A stretch of DNA of 64,000 nt from an uncultured Bacilli bacterium (GCA_934101115.1 CAKOPW010000001.1:73295-137294); one strand, 5' to 3'. Positions 30,592 through 39,796 are shown, counted from the stretch's first letter. The notes: a model not told the origin generated them from the sequence alone. A program made the numbers and translations.

Positions 30592-31995
30592 CTACTTTAA
30601 TTTTTTTGTGTGCATAAAGTCATATTCTCTGATTGTCACATCTGTTACAGACACATTTCGTATTTTTTCCAAATATTCAGGAGTAATATTATCACATAAA
30701 AATCCTAAAAGTTCATTTATACCGATTTTATTTTCACAATAAGAATTTATTAAATTTCCAAATCTTTCCACTTTTTCCATAGAGCCAAATACAAATACTT
30801 CTTTTAATGCCTCGTCTAATATTGAAGCATCTTTTTTAGAATAAGCTTCAAGAAGTTTATCTTTACCAACGAGAGCCATAACGTACCTAACGCACAAACG
30901 TTCTTTATTGTAGGTACCTGTATATTCCTCATCTGTTAAAGTTTCATAAGTTAAATATTCGGTAAAACCTTCGTCTAAATGTTTGTATCTTTTACTATTT
31001 CCTAAACCACCTATTAAATGATAATATTCATGCACAAATATATCTTTCTCATAATTTTTATAAGTGCCATATGGATAATCGTCGTAAAAGTAAAGTTTAT
31101 CTCCGTGAAAGTAAAGAATATTATTTGTCAAAGGAAATGTGAAGGCAGCATAGTCTTTAGTATCTCGCCTCCAAAAATATTCTTTATCTGCTGCAAAGCA
31201 TTCAGTAATATTAACTGTTGTTAATTTTTTATAAACTTCGTCTAAATCGATGTAAGGATTTTCCTTAATATACTCTTCTAAAAGCATCATATATTCTTTT
31301 TCTTCATCAGTTAATTGGTTTGAAGATTGAATACCATCAAAAATAATTTGTTCTTTTGCTGCTTTTTGTCCTTCTAATGATGCGTTCTCATCAATCATAT
31401 CGTCTAAATCTTTAGAGTATGCTCTGACATAATTTGGAATATTATCGAGTCCAATTGACATCTCAAATGCTGTTGTTAAAGTGAACAAAACACATAAGGC
31501 ATAAATTGCTCTATATCTAATATATGGCTTGCCTAATTGTTTGTGTTTTCTAACATTGTCACTTGTTGATAAATTCACTGTCGTTAGTAAAAAGAGAAGA
31601 TTAAATAGGAATCTTGTGTCTCTAAAACCAACAAAATCTTGCGTTTTATCAATAGAGTCTAGAAAAAAGCATATGTTGCTGAAGCAATTTGCAACCACTC
31701 CGCTTGCAAACGAGGCAGTGGTTGCATTAATGGTTACTAACGCCCATTCCTTATCGATAAGAGAATCGAATATTTTTTTATCTTTATAAACGCAAATAGT
31801 TTTATTTTTAGCCCATCCAACAAGGTCATGAACAGAATCTGGATTTTGCTCGTTTAGTTCTTTAACAATTTGAGAAAAAGTAAGTTTTTTACAATCTTTA
31901 TGAAGCATTTTTGATATCCCGTTTTCAAATATGTAATAACAATCTTCTATTTTATCATTAACTAAATATACGTATACCTTTCTTATCTTTTTCAT
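30592..31995 (-). CDS. Membrane protein with a C-terminal HExxH domain (paralog)
   Basis: HEYYHLIGGLGNSKRYKHLDEGFTEY. The ATG at 31995 has GAAGGGG about 8 nt upstream, so the 18 codons upstream in the ORF track are unlikely. Confidence 0.55.
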   Translation of the reverse strand: MKKIRKVYVYLVNDKIEDCYYIFENGISKMLHKDCKKLTFSQIVKELNEQNPDSVHDLVGWAKNKTICVYKDKKIFDSLIDKEWALVTINATTASFASGVVANCFSNICFFLDSIDKTQDFVGFRDTRFLFNLLFLLTTVNLSTSDNVRKHKQLGKPYIRYRAIYALCVLFTLTTAFEMSIGLDNIPNYVRAYSKDLDDMIDENASLEGQKAAKEQIIFDGIQSSNQLTDEEKEYMMLLEEYIKENPYIDLDEVYKKLTTVNITECFAADKEYFWRRDTKDYAAFTFPLTNNILYFHGDKLYFYDDYPYGTYKNYEKDIFVHEYYHLIGGLGNSKRYKHLDEGFTEYLTYETLTDEEYTGTYNKERLCVRYVMALVGKDKLLEAYSKKDASILDEALKEVFVFGSMEKVERFGNLINSYCENKIGINELLGFLCDNITPEYLEKIRNVSVTDVTIREYDFMHTKKLK

Positions 31996-32052
31996 AACCA
32001 TTCCCCTTCTTTTGAGTGCTATTGTACCACAAACTAAAGCATCATGCAAATT

Positions 32053-32271
32053 TTACATGACGCTCATAATGTTAGAAATGGTTTCAATGTTTTCCACTGC
32101 ATCGCTTACTTTTTTAGCAGTTTCCTCTCGCTTGTATTTTTTATATTCTTTTAAAAATGTCTCAAAATAATCAGGATCGCGATTTAACTCTTTATAAAGA
32201 TATGAATGGTTCATCAAATATTCATGCATAGCTTGATCACTTTCAAGTTTTAAAATTATATCTATACTCAT
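32053..32271 (-). CDS. YlbE-like small protein
   Basis: 72 aa. ...YLYKELNRDPDYFETFLKEYKKY resembles B. subtilis YlbE, recalled from memory. Adjacent to the YlbD-like gene, as in Bacillus. Confidence 0.4.
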   Translation of the reverse strand: MSIDIILKLESDQAMHEYLMNHSYLYKELNRDPDYFETFLKEYKKYKREETAKKVSDAVENIETISNIMSVM

Positions 32272-32273
32272 AC

Positions 32274-32621
32274 TTAATCTCCAAAAAATTTGCTTATCGG
32301 CCTTTCAACTTTAGTTAGTACTTCAGGACTTTTTTTAGTTAATTCTTGAATAATACTTATAGCTTTTTGGGCGTTATTTACATGATGTTCAATGTTATCC
32401 ATATTAACATTTTTAAAAATTGATGTTAGTTCACTAATTTTATCCCTAGTTGAAGATGTATCAATATCTTCTTTAAAATATTTACTCCACACATCATTTT
32501 CTTCACCATATATATCATATATTTCATAAAAATCCTGAAAAGTCATCTCTTTGTTTTTAATAAATCTTAATATTTCAGGGTGTTTACTTAAAAAACTTTT
32601 GAATTCACTTTTTTTATCCAT
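32274..32621 (-). CDS. YlbD-like protein
   Basis: 115 aa. FKSFLSKHPEILRFIKNKEMTFQDFYEIYDIYGEENDVWSKY matches my recollection of the YlbD N-terminus. Confidence 0.4.
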   Translation of the reverse strand: MDKKSEFKSFLSKHPEILRFIKNKEMTFQDFYEIYDIYGEENDVWSKYFKEDIDTSSTRDKISELTSIFKNVNMDNIEHHVNNAQKAISIIQELTKKSPEVLTKVERPISKFFGD

Positions 32622-32668
32622 AGAAAAACCACCTAATATATTATATTTATACTAGGTGGTTTAAATTA

Positions 32669-35173
32669 CTATATTTTGAAATCTTCAATAAATTCCATTT
32701 TTTCTTGCTTTTCTTGTTCTTCTGTTTTTACTACTTTCTTTTTAGTATCGTCAAAATGTACCTTTTCAATATCGGCAAAAACAAATGCTGATATAAATTT
32801 CTTCTTAGCAATAGATGAACCAGTTGACGCAAGATCCATTATTGGAATATCAGTATTTTTCAGTTCCCCAATATCTTCTAACATTGTTAAACCAATTTGA
32901 TCTTTTGTTTGAGTAATTAAAGCAGAAACAATTTCGTAGTTAGTCGTTTTTACTTTCTTAATTACCATACTACCTCTTTTTGCTCGAGATAATTGGTCAA
33001 GTTCATTTAATTTAACACGTTTAGCTGTTTTTTGATTTGTGAAAATATCTAAATACTCGTCAGTATCATCATATGTTAAACCAGCTACTACTTCATCATC
33101 TTTTAAGTTTATTCCTTTTACTCCGCTTGATTTTGTACTTGATAAAGGAATTTCAGTAGTTTTATAAGAAATATAGTAACCACTTTTAGTAACAATCATC
33201 GTGTTTTCTTTTTTATAATCAACAAATTTAACTTCATCTTCATCTTTAAGTTTAATGTATGTATATAGTTTTGTATATCTACTTACAAATAAGTCTTTGA
33301 TGTTTGTACGTTTAACCATTCCACTCTTAGTAACAACTAAGAGATTATCATCACTGACGTTTTCATTTACGATAAATGAATTTAATACTGAATCTTCAGG
33401 AGAAATAGTTACTAAGTTGGATACATGTTTTCCTAAATCTTTCCACTTGCACCATGGAATATCGTTAACAGGAACATAAATGTAATTTCCTTTTTTAGTT
33501 AATATAGCCATTTTATTTATTGTGCTTGTTTCAAAAATATTTAAAGCATAATCTCCTGGTTTTAGACCTGTCTCATCACCGTTAGCTGAAGTGTATGATT
33601 TCATTGGTACTTTTTTAATATAGCCATCATGAGTTAAAACAACCATAACGTTTTCTTTGATAATTAAATCTTCTGCAGAAATATTAATTTCTTTAGCTGT
33701 TTCTCTGATCTCCGTTTTTCTTGGGACTCCATATTCACGTTTAATCTTACGAAGCTCTTCTTTAGCAACAAGTGCCAACTTTTCTTCACTCGAAAGAATT
33801 TCTCTTAAACCAGCAATTATCTTATTTAAACTTTCTAATTTATTTTGCAATTCCAAAATATCGGTATTAGTAAGTTTATATAGTTGTAACATAACAATTT
33901 TTTCTGCTTGGGCTTCACTAAAACCAAATTCTTTTACTAAATTGGCTTCAGCATCACCTTTATTTTTACTTGCTCTAATAACTGCTATAACCTCATCCAA
34001 TATAGATATTGCTTTAACAAGGCCTTCTGTGTAATGTACTTCCTTTAAAGCAACATTTAAGTCAAATTCGCTTCTTAATTTTATGATTTCTTTTAAATGA
34101 GCAATATAAGCATCAATTATACCGACAATACCAAGAAGTTTTGGGCGACGGTTAACGATAGTTACCATGTTATATGTGTAATTACATTGGCAATCGGTAT
34201 TTTTAAGCAAGTAATTCATTACAAGTTCTTTATTGGCTCCTGATTTTAAGTCAATTACAATTCTAACGTTGGCATCCTTATCAGATTCATCCCTAACTTC
34301 AGCAATACCTTGAACTTTATTATCAATTCTAATATCATCAATTTTTTTAACAAGTTGTTGTTTGTTTACCTCAAAAGGAATTTCACTTATAACGATTTTA
34401 TCTTTACCTTTTTCTTGAACAAACTCATATTTACTTGAAATAACTACTTTACCTCTACCGGTTTCAAAAGCTTGTCTTATACCATCTGTTCCTTCAATTA
34501 TTCCGCCTGTTGGGAAGTCTGGTCCTTTAACTATATCTAAAATAGTTTCAAACTTACAATTTGGAGAATCGATTCTTTTAATAACTGCATCTATTACTTC
34601 ACACAAATTATGTGGAGGAATGTTTGTAGCATATCCAGCCGATATACCATTACTTCCGTTTACTAAAAGATTTGGAAACTTAGCAGGAAGTACAGTTGGT
34701 TCCATTAAAGTATCTGAATAGTTTGGGGCCATTTTTACAGTATTTTTATCAATATCTTTTAAAAGCTCTTCACTTATTTTGGCAAGACGTGCTTCAGTGT
34801 AACGCATTGCTGCTGGAGGATCTCCATCCATTGAACCATTGTTTCCGGATATTTCTACTAAAATATGATTTTGTTTCCAATCTTGTCCCATACGAACAAG
34901 CGCATCATATATTGATGAATCTCCGTGTGGATGATATTTACCCATGACATTACCAACTGCATTAGCACATTTTTTATATTGTTTGTCATAAGTGTTTTTA
35001 TCACGATACATCGCAAAGATTATTCTTCTTTGAACAGGCTTTAATCCGTCTCTTACGTCTGGTATTGCTCTATCTTGAATAATATACTTTGAATATCTAC
35101 CAAAACGTAGTCCCATAATTTCTTCAAGGGCACACTCGTGAATTTTTCCTATAACTTCTTCTACTTTCTTCAT
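32669..35173 (-). CDS. parC: DNA topoisomerase IV subunit A
   Basis: FGRYSKYIIQDRAIPDVRDGLKPVQRRI (the ParC-type rather than GyrA-type N-terminus). YHPHGD is present. AGGTGA lies 5 nt before the ATG at 35173. Confidence 0.85.
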   Translation of the reverse strand: MKKVEEVIGKIHECALEEIMGLRFGRYSKYIIQDRAIPDVRDGLKPVQRRIIFAMYRDKNTYDKQYKKCANAVGNVMGKYHPHGDSSIYDALVRMGQDWKQNHILVEISGNNGSMDGDPPAAMRYTEARLAKISEELLKDIDKNTVKMAPNYSDTLMEPTVLPAKFPNLLVNGSNGISAGYATNIPPHNLCEVIDAVIKRIDSPNCKFETILDIVKGPDFPTGGIIEGTDGIRQAFETGRGKVVISSKYEFVQEKGKDKIVISEIPFEVNKQQLVKKIDDIRIDNKVQGIAEVRDESDKDANVRIVIDLKSGANKELVMNYLLKNTDCQCNYTYNMVTIVNRRPKLLGIVGIIDAYIAHLKEIIKLRSEFDLNVALKEVHYTEGLVKAISILDEVIAVIRASKNKGDAEANLVKEFGFSEAQAEKIVMLQLYKLTNTDILELQNKLESLNKIIAGLREILSSEEKLALVAKEELRKIKREYGVPRKTEIRETAKEINISAEDLIIKENVMVVLTHDGYIKKVPMKSYTSANGDETGLKPGDYALNIFETSTINKMAILTKKGNYIYVPVNDIPWCKWKDLGKHVSNLVTISPEDSVLNSFIVNENVSDDNLLVVTKSGMVKRTNIKDLFVSRYTKLYTYIKLKDEDEVKFVDYKKENTMIVTKSGYYISYKTTEIPLSSTKSSGVKGINLKDDEVVAGLTYDDTDEYLDIFTNQKTAKRVKLNELDQLSRAKRGSMVIKKVKTTNYEIVSALITQTKDQIGLTMLEDIGELKNTDIPIMDLASTGSSIAKKKFISAFVFADIEKVHFDDTKKKVVKTEEQEKQEKMEFIEDFKI

Positions 35174-35242
35174 TCTATTCACCTATTGCTAATTATAGCA
35201 TAAGAAAATAAAAAAATGTCAAATTTTGACATTTTTTTGACA

Positions 35243-35533
35243 TTACTTATTTATGAAGTTTAATATTTCTTCTTTAGATTGTAAACCAATCATCTTATTA
35301 GTTTCGCTTCCATCTTTAAATAAAATTAAAGTAGGAATGCTCATTACTCCAAATTTTTGAGCTAGATTAGGAAACTCATCAGTATTAACTTTTAAGATGT
35401 CAGCATCTACTGTTTCAAGTATTTCTCCCATAATTTTACATGGACCACACCATTCTGCAAAGAAATCTACTAATACACATCCTTTAGCAGTTAAATTCAA
35501 GAAATCCTCTTCGTTTTTAAGATATTTTATCAT
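35243..35533 (-). CDS. trxA: Thioredoxin
   Basis: WCGPCK active site. The ATG at 35533 is better spaced from GAAAGGA than the ATG at 35542. Confidence 0.9.
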   Translation of the reverse strand: MIKYLKNEEDFLNLTAKGCVLVDFFAEWCGPCKIMGEILETVDADILKVNTDEFPNLAQKFGVMSIPTLILFKDGSETNKMIGLQSKEEILNFINK

Positions 35534-36254
35534 TTTTATCATTCCTTTCTTTTTCGCTTAATATTTCATCAATATTATCAATTTTTAATTTTCCTTTTTC
35601 GTTAAGTTTTTTTACACTTTCTTCACTTATAACATCATATTTTAAAAGTATTCTTATCGATTCTTCATTACCTTTAGATTTATCGGATACTCCATCATAT
35701 TTTAAACACACATCGTAGATATCCATAATCGAATTATAAACATTGTTGGTCATCTTAGATATAATTGGCGTTTTCGAAAGAATTGTTGGAGCGATTGTGG
35801 ATTCTTTAAAGTATGGAGTAAAGAACGGAATAGACGCTAAAACAAACAAAACAATGAATGTATAGATATAATACTCCAAAACTTTTAAAAATGCACCTAT
35901 TAATTTGCTTGGTAAAGCTAAGATTATTGTCGCAGATATAAGCTTATCAATAATTCCAGTAAGTTTAATTACAATTTTTAGAATTGCTGATAGAACAATT
36001 AAACATATTATGTATGAGATTGCTTCATATAAAATTATATTTAAAGCTGCAATTCCTGAAAATATTCCTCCAAATGTATGAAATGGTAAGTTTTCATACA
36101 TAAGTACACTTAATGGGTTCTTTAAGTAATATGCTCCAACAAAAACAAATAAAGAACCAACTAATGATACTGCACTTCTTACAAACCCATATTTGAAACC
36201 ACGATAAATTCCAAATACAAGAATAATTATTATTAATATATCCAATATAGACAT
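35517..36254 (-). CDS. cvpA: CvpA-family membrane protein
   Basis: N-terminal MSILDILIIIILVFGIYRGFKYGF and 4 TM helices, typical of CvpA. Confidence 0.75.
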   Translation of the reverse strand: MSILDILIIIILVFGIYRGFKYGFVRSAVSLVGSLFVFVGAYYLKNPLSVLMYENLPFHTFGGIFSGIAALNIILYEAISYIICLIVLSAILKIVIKLTGIIDKLISATIILALPSKLIGAFLKVLEYYIYTFIVLFVLASIPFFTPYFKESTIAPTILSKTPIISKMTNNVYNSIMDIYDVCLKYDGVSDKSKGNEESIRILLKYDVISEESVKKLNEKGKLKIDNIDEILSEKERNDKNDKIS

Positions 36255-36373
36255 TTTTAATCCCTCACTACTATTATACTTTGAAAATTTTTTAATATTC
36301 TAAGTACCTTAATTATAATATAATTTTGTTTAAAAAAGCAATTACTTATGATAAAATTTAATCAGGTGATTTC

Positions 36374-37330
36374 ATGAAACAACAAACTATCGTATTTAAA
36401 ATATCGGATAATTTAAAAAATAAAGTAATAGATTTTTATAAAGATCGTGCTCTTCCAAATCATCCACCCTATTCCGTATTTCAAGTTAAAGATTATGACT
36501 GTGTTATCACATTATATGAATCCGGAAAATTAATGTTTCAAGGAATAGGCGCTGATATTGAAGCAAGCTATTGGATGGAAGAAGAAAGAATCAACAATAA
36601 TCGTGATTTAGAAAAAGAATTAAAGGATAAACAAGATAAAAAAGACAAAAAAGATGAAGAACTAAATGATACTCGTTTTAAAAATATTTCTACTATCGGT
36701 TCTGATGAAGTTGGAACTGGAGATTATTTTGGTCCTATAATTGTAACGGCATCTTTTGTGGATATAAGTAAAAAATCTTTTCTTTATGACTTAGGAGTAA
36801 GAGATTCAAAAAAAATTACTGATGAAAAAATAATGTCTATCGCACCTACTTTAATAAAAGAATTTCCTCACGTTACATATATCTTGACTCCAAGTGATTA
36901 TAACCGTTTAGGAATTACTAATATGAATAAAGTAAAAGCTATATTGCATAATAAAGTATTGTTTGCATTAAAAAATAAAAACTATAACTATGATAAAATT
37001 GTAGTTGATCAATTCTGCTTTCCAACTAAATATTATGAGCATATAAAGGAAACACCAAATAAGGTTACAAATATTACATTTACTACTCATGCTGAAGATA
37101 AGTGTCTAAGTGTTGCTGTTTCAAGTATTATTTCAAGATATATTTTCATTAAAGAAATGGAAAAAATGGAAGATCAATTAAAAATGAGAATTCCAAAAGG
37201 TGCTGGCGATATCGTAGATCAAACAGGTGTGAAGATCGTTAATAGTTATGGAATAGAAAAATTAAAAGATATTGCAAAATTAAATTTTAAAAATACCGAT
37301 AAAATTAAAGAGTTCTTACAAATCAAGTAA
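36374..37330 (+). CDS. rnhC: Ribonuclease HIII
   Basis: N-terminal substrate-binding domain followed by an RNase HII/HIII core: GSDEVGTGDYFGP, DSKK. Confidence 0.88.
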   Translation: MKQQTIVFKISDNLKNKVIDFYKDRALPNHPPYSVFQVKDYDCVITLYESGKLMFQGIGADIEASYWMEEERINNNRDLEKELKDKQDKKDKKDEELNDTRFKNISTIGSDEVGTGDYFGPIIVTASFVDISKKSFLYDLGVRDSKKITDEKIMSIAPTLIKEFPHVTYILTPSDYNRLGITNMNKVKAILHNKVLFALKNKNYNYDKIVVDQFCFPTKYYEHIKETPNKVTNITFTTHAEDKCLSVAVSSIISRYIFIKEMEKMEDQLKMRIPKGAGDIVDQTGVKIVNSYGIEKLKDIAKLNFKNTDKIKEFLQIK

Positions 37331-38245
37331 GAACTCTTTTAATGCATAAATTTGGTCATAACCACTTTTTAATTTTAAATCTAGATTGGATAAAGAAACA
37401 ATTATATCTTTTAATTGATCAAGAGTATAAATTTTTCCGTTTCTTTTTAATACTCCTACTCTTTTTGGATTAGAATATCCAAATAGTTTAGCTATTTCTT
37501 CATCACTTAAACCATCAGCAGAAGCACTTTTTACCATATAAATGTTGGTAAAACTACTAGCAAGAAGTGCTACTATATTAATTGGTTCACTTCCATTTTT
37601 TAATAGAGTATCTAAATATTTAAATCCTAAATTAAAATCCTTAGCTATTATCGCATTTGAAAAAGCAAATGTTACATCCTCATCATTTTTTTTAGTGTTT
37701 GAAGCAACTAAATCATGAGTTATATTGTTGCTTAAATTGGAAAGCCTTTCAATCTCATTGATAGTTATATCTATATTATTTGAACTATTATTATATATTT
37801 CCAATAAAGCATCTCTATTTATACTTATATTCTCTTTTTTAAAATAATCAACTATATAAGTTACAACATCATCTTCATTATTACCAGTTAAATCAATAAA
37901 TTTTACTCCTAAAGAAATTAAATCTTTTACAATTTTTTTAGATTTTAAAACTTCGTCATTAATAAAAATTACCATTGTCTCATCATCTAAATTGGATAAT
38001 GCACTTTTTAATTTATTGCATTCTTCCTCATATGAAAAATTACCAGCAAAGTATTTTACGTTTTTTACAATTATACATTTGCTCTCAGAAAAAAGTCCAA
38101 AATGTTGCATGCTTTCTATTACATCATCAATCAAATCTTCCACTAAAGAAAAATTTTCAATCTCTTTGTAGTCTTTACTAAGCTCTTTGATTTTATCATT
38201 TAAAAATGTAAAACTATTTGATTTAATAATGTATTTATTTTCCAT
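37316..38245 (-). CDS. holA: DNA polymerase III delta subunit
   Basis: Starts at MENKYIIKSN, ATG at 38245 with GGTGGA upstream. The 53 upstream codons in the ORF track are the antisense of tRNA-His. Confidence 0.75.
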   Translation of the reverse strand: MENKYIIKSNSFTFLNDKIKELSKDYKEIENFSLVEDLIDDVIESMQHFGLFSESKCIIVKNVKYFAGNFSYEEECNKLKSALSNLDDETMVIFINDEVLKSKKIVKDLISLGVKFIDLTGNNEDDVVTYIVDYFKKENISINRDALLEIYNNSSNNIDITINEIERLSNLSNNITHDLVASNTKKNDEDVTFAFSNAIIAKDFNLGFKYLDTLLKNGSEPINIVALLASSFTNIYMVKSASADGLSDEEIAKLFGYSNPKRVGVLKRNGKIYTLDQLKDIIVSLSNLDLKLKSGYDQIYALKEFLLDL

Positions 38246-38336
38246 ATGATCCACCTTTAAAATTATAGCATTTAAAATTAATATAATAAAGGACTTGCAA
38301 TACATAAAATTATTTGATAGAATTAGATATGTCAAT

Positions 38337-38413
38337 GGCGAAATTGGTGAAGTGGTTAACACGCCGGATTGTGGCTCCGGTATGCGTGGGTTCGATTCCC
38401 ACATTTCGCCCCA
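38337..38413 (+). tRNA. tRNA-His (GTG)
   Basis: Hand-folded. G-1 pairs with C73. Acceptor GCGAAAT/ATTTCGC. Anticodon stem CCGGA/TCCGG with loop TTGTGGC. T-arm GTGGG-TTCGATT-CCCAC. CCA is encoded. Confidence 0.9.
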
Positions 38414-38423
38414 TTGAAAAATT

Positions 38424-38454
38424 AAAACTAAGAATTAATTTCTTAGTTTTTTTC
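38424..38454 (+). terminator. tRNA-His terminator
   Basis: AAAACTAAGAA-ttaat-TTCTTAGTTTT followed by a T-run. Confidence 0.75.
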
Positions 38455-38484
38455 TTGCAAATAATATCGAACATTTGTTATAAT
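38455..38484 (+). promoter_or_regulatory. Near-consensus promoter of the small-peptide mRNA
   Basis: TTGCAA (38455-38460), 18 nt, then extended -10 TGtTATAAT (38476-38484). Confidence 0.65.
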
Positions 38485-38551
38485 TTTACTAGGAATATCA
38501 GTTGTTGAGTGTCTACCTCCATTCTTTATAGAGAGGAGGTTCTTGATATAT

Positions 38552-38647
38552 ATGGGAAAGAAAGATTTCTTAATCTTAAGCTTGATCATTATAATCATTT
38601 TGTTAATAGCCTTACTCTTCATTACTTTGAAGCAGTATCACCTATAA
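38552..38647 (+). CDS. 31-aa hydrophobic peptide, candidate type I toxin
   Basis: MGKKDFLILSLIIIIILLIALLFITLKQYHL. GGAGG (38535-38539) lies 12 nt upstream and can pair with CCTCC (38516-38520). Confidence 0.6.
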   Translation: MGKKDFLILSLIIIIILLIALLFITLKQYHL

Positions 38648-38758
38648 ATAAAAACGACACTCATCTGCAAAGATAAGTGTCTACAATATTTTCAGGTAGA
38701 CATTCAACATGCAAAAACTGAATGTTCCCTTTTTTATTGTATGCAATATCGCATCTCT
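38648..38758 (-). ncRNA. Candidate antitoxin antisense RNA (about 110 nt)
   Basis: Minus strand has TTGCAA (38793-38788), 17 nt, then TAATAT (38770-38765). It ends with terminator GACACTTATCT-ttgc-AGATGAGTGTC plus GTTTTTATTT (38681-38646). It overlaps the 3' UTR of the peptide mRNA. Confidence 0.5.
38700..38736 (+). terminator. Terminator of the peptide mRNA
   Basis: ACATTCA-acatgcaaaaac-TGAATGT followed by TCCCTTTTTTA. Confidence 0.65.
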
Positions 38759-38944
38759 AAATACATATTACTACATATGTTTTTATTTTGCAAGAAAATA
38801 TATGGTTTTACTATTGTTAGAAGAAACTTATAAAATGCATAAATCTCTATTATCTATATTGTAACTTTCGTTCAACATTTAAAAATTTTGTGTTTTCATA
38901 TTGACGTATTTTTTTGAAATCAAGTTTTACTACACTGCTTATAA

Positions 38945-39796
38945 TTATAAATCGTTTTTCGTTATATAATCAGCCAATTTCAAAGCCATATCAAAATATC
39001 TGCCATCATGTTGTGTGCCTTTTATTTCTCCAGGAATTTTTCTTTCATCCCATTCTGGGGCATCTAGTAAATCACCGCTTATAAAAAACGTATAAAGATT
39101 TAAATTTCTAAATTGACACATTGCCTCTACTGAAGCACATTCCATTTCCACTGATATACACCCATCAGCTTTATGTTTTTCAAAATTATTTTTAGTTTCT
39201 CTATAAAAAGCATCGGTAGTCCATGTCTTACCTAAAACATATGGAATATTATATTCTTTCATAAAATTAGCAACTATACTATTATTCTTAATTTCAATAT
39301 AATCTGATGCTTTAGCATAATGATATGATGTTCCCTCGTCTCTATAAGCCTCAGTAGGAATAATAACCTTGCCCATAGTAATTTCTTTGTTTAAGCATCC
39401 TGCTCCACCAAATAAAACATATTTATTAACATTAAGTTCCTGGAATGAATCTTCGATTGATCCAACACATGCTGGTCCACCAACGTAAGTTCTAAAAAAA
39501 GCAAACTTATGGCCATTATATTCAAGTTCATATATTGGCGTAATCCCAGTTACAAATTTATACTCTGCAATTTTTACACAATTATAATTATCTAAAATGT
39601 ATTGCTCAATAATGTTTGAAAATGTAATTATACAAGCATCCACTTTAATCGCATGTTCTTTTCTTTTTGGATTGATAATTGCTTCTGATTTATCATCAAA
39701 TGAATTAATTATCACATAATCACTACCTTTCAAGACAATTATACAGGATTTTTTATGTCTAATCAAGATTGTGTCTTTCTTGTTTTCAAAGCACAA
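38945..39796 (-). CDS. Nucleoside phosphorylase family protein (PNP/UDP type)
   Basis: GGAGCL...IPTEAYRDEGTSYHY...SVEMECASV pattern. The start is uncertain, since the listed start is a TTG. Confidence 0.65.
   Translation of the reverse strand: MCFENKKDTILIRHKKSCIIVLKGSDYVIINSFDDKSEAIINPKRKEHAIKVDACIITFSNIIEQYILDNYNCVKIAEYKFVTGITPIYELEYNGHKFAFFRTYVGGPACVGSIEDSFQELNVNKYVLFGGAGCLNKEITMGKVIIPTEAYRDEGTSYHYAKASDYIEIKNNSIVANFMKEYNIPYVLGKTWTTDAFYRETKNNFEKHKADGCISVEMECASVEAMCQFRNLNLYTFFISGDLLDAPEWDERKIPGEIKGTQHDGRYFDMALKLADYITKNDL

Larger units (their letters stand above)
38413..38803 (+). repeat. 391-bp direct repeat, copy 1 (carries the type I TA-like module)
   Basis: Collinear with 39861-40251 at a constant offset of 1448. 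Differences cluster in a short patch around 38682-38720. Confidence 0.9.

Noticed and set aside
32669-35173. parC without an adjacent parE as an anomaly
   Set aside because: parE and parC are unlinked in a number of genomes, so one 64-kb window cannot show that parE is absent. I noted it but did not treat it as a finding.
38246-38404. 53-codon N-terminal extension of the holA ORF (MWESNPRIPEPQSGVLTTSP...)
   Set aside because: This stretch is the antisense of tRNA-His and its flank. A good RBS and ATG at 38245 start the recognisable delta-subunit sequence.
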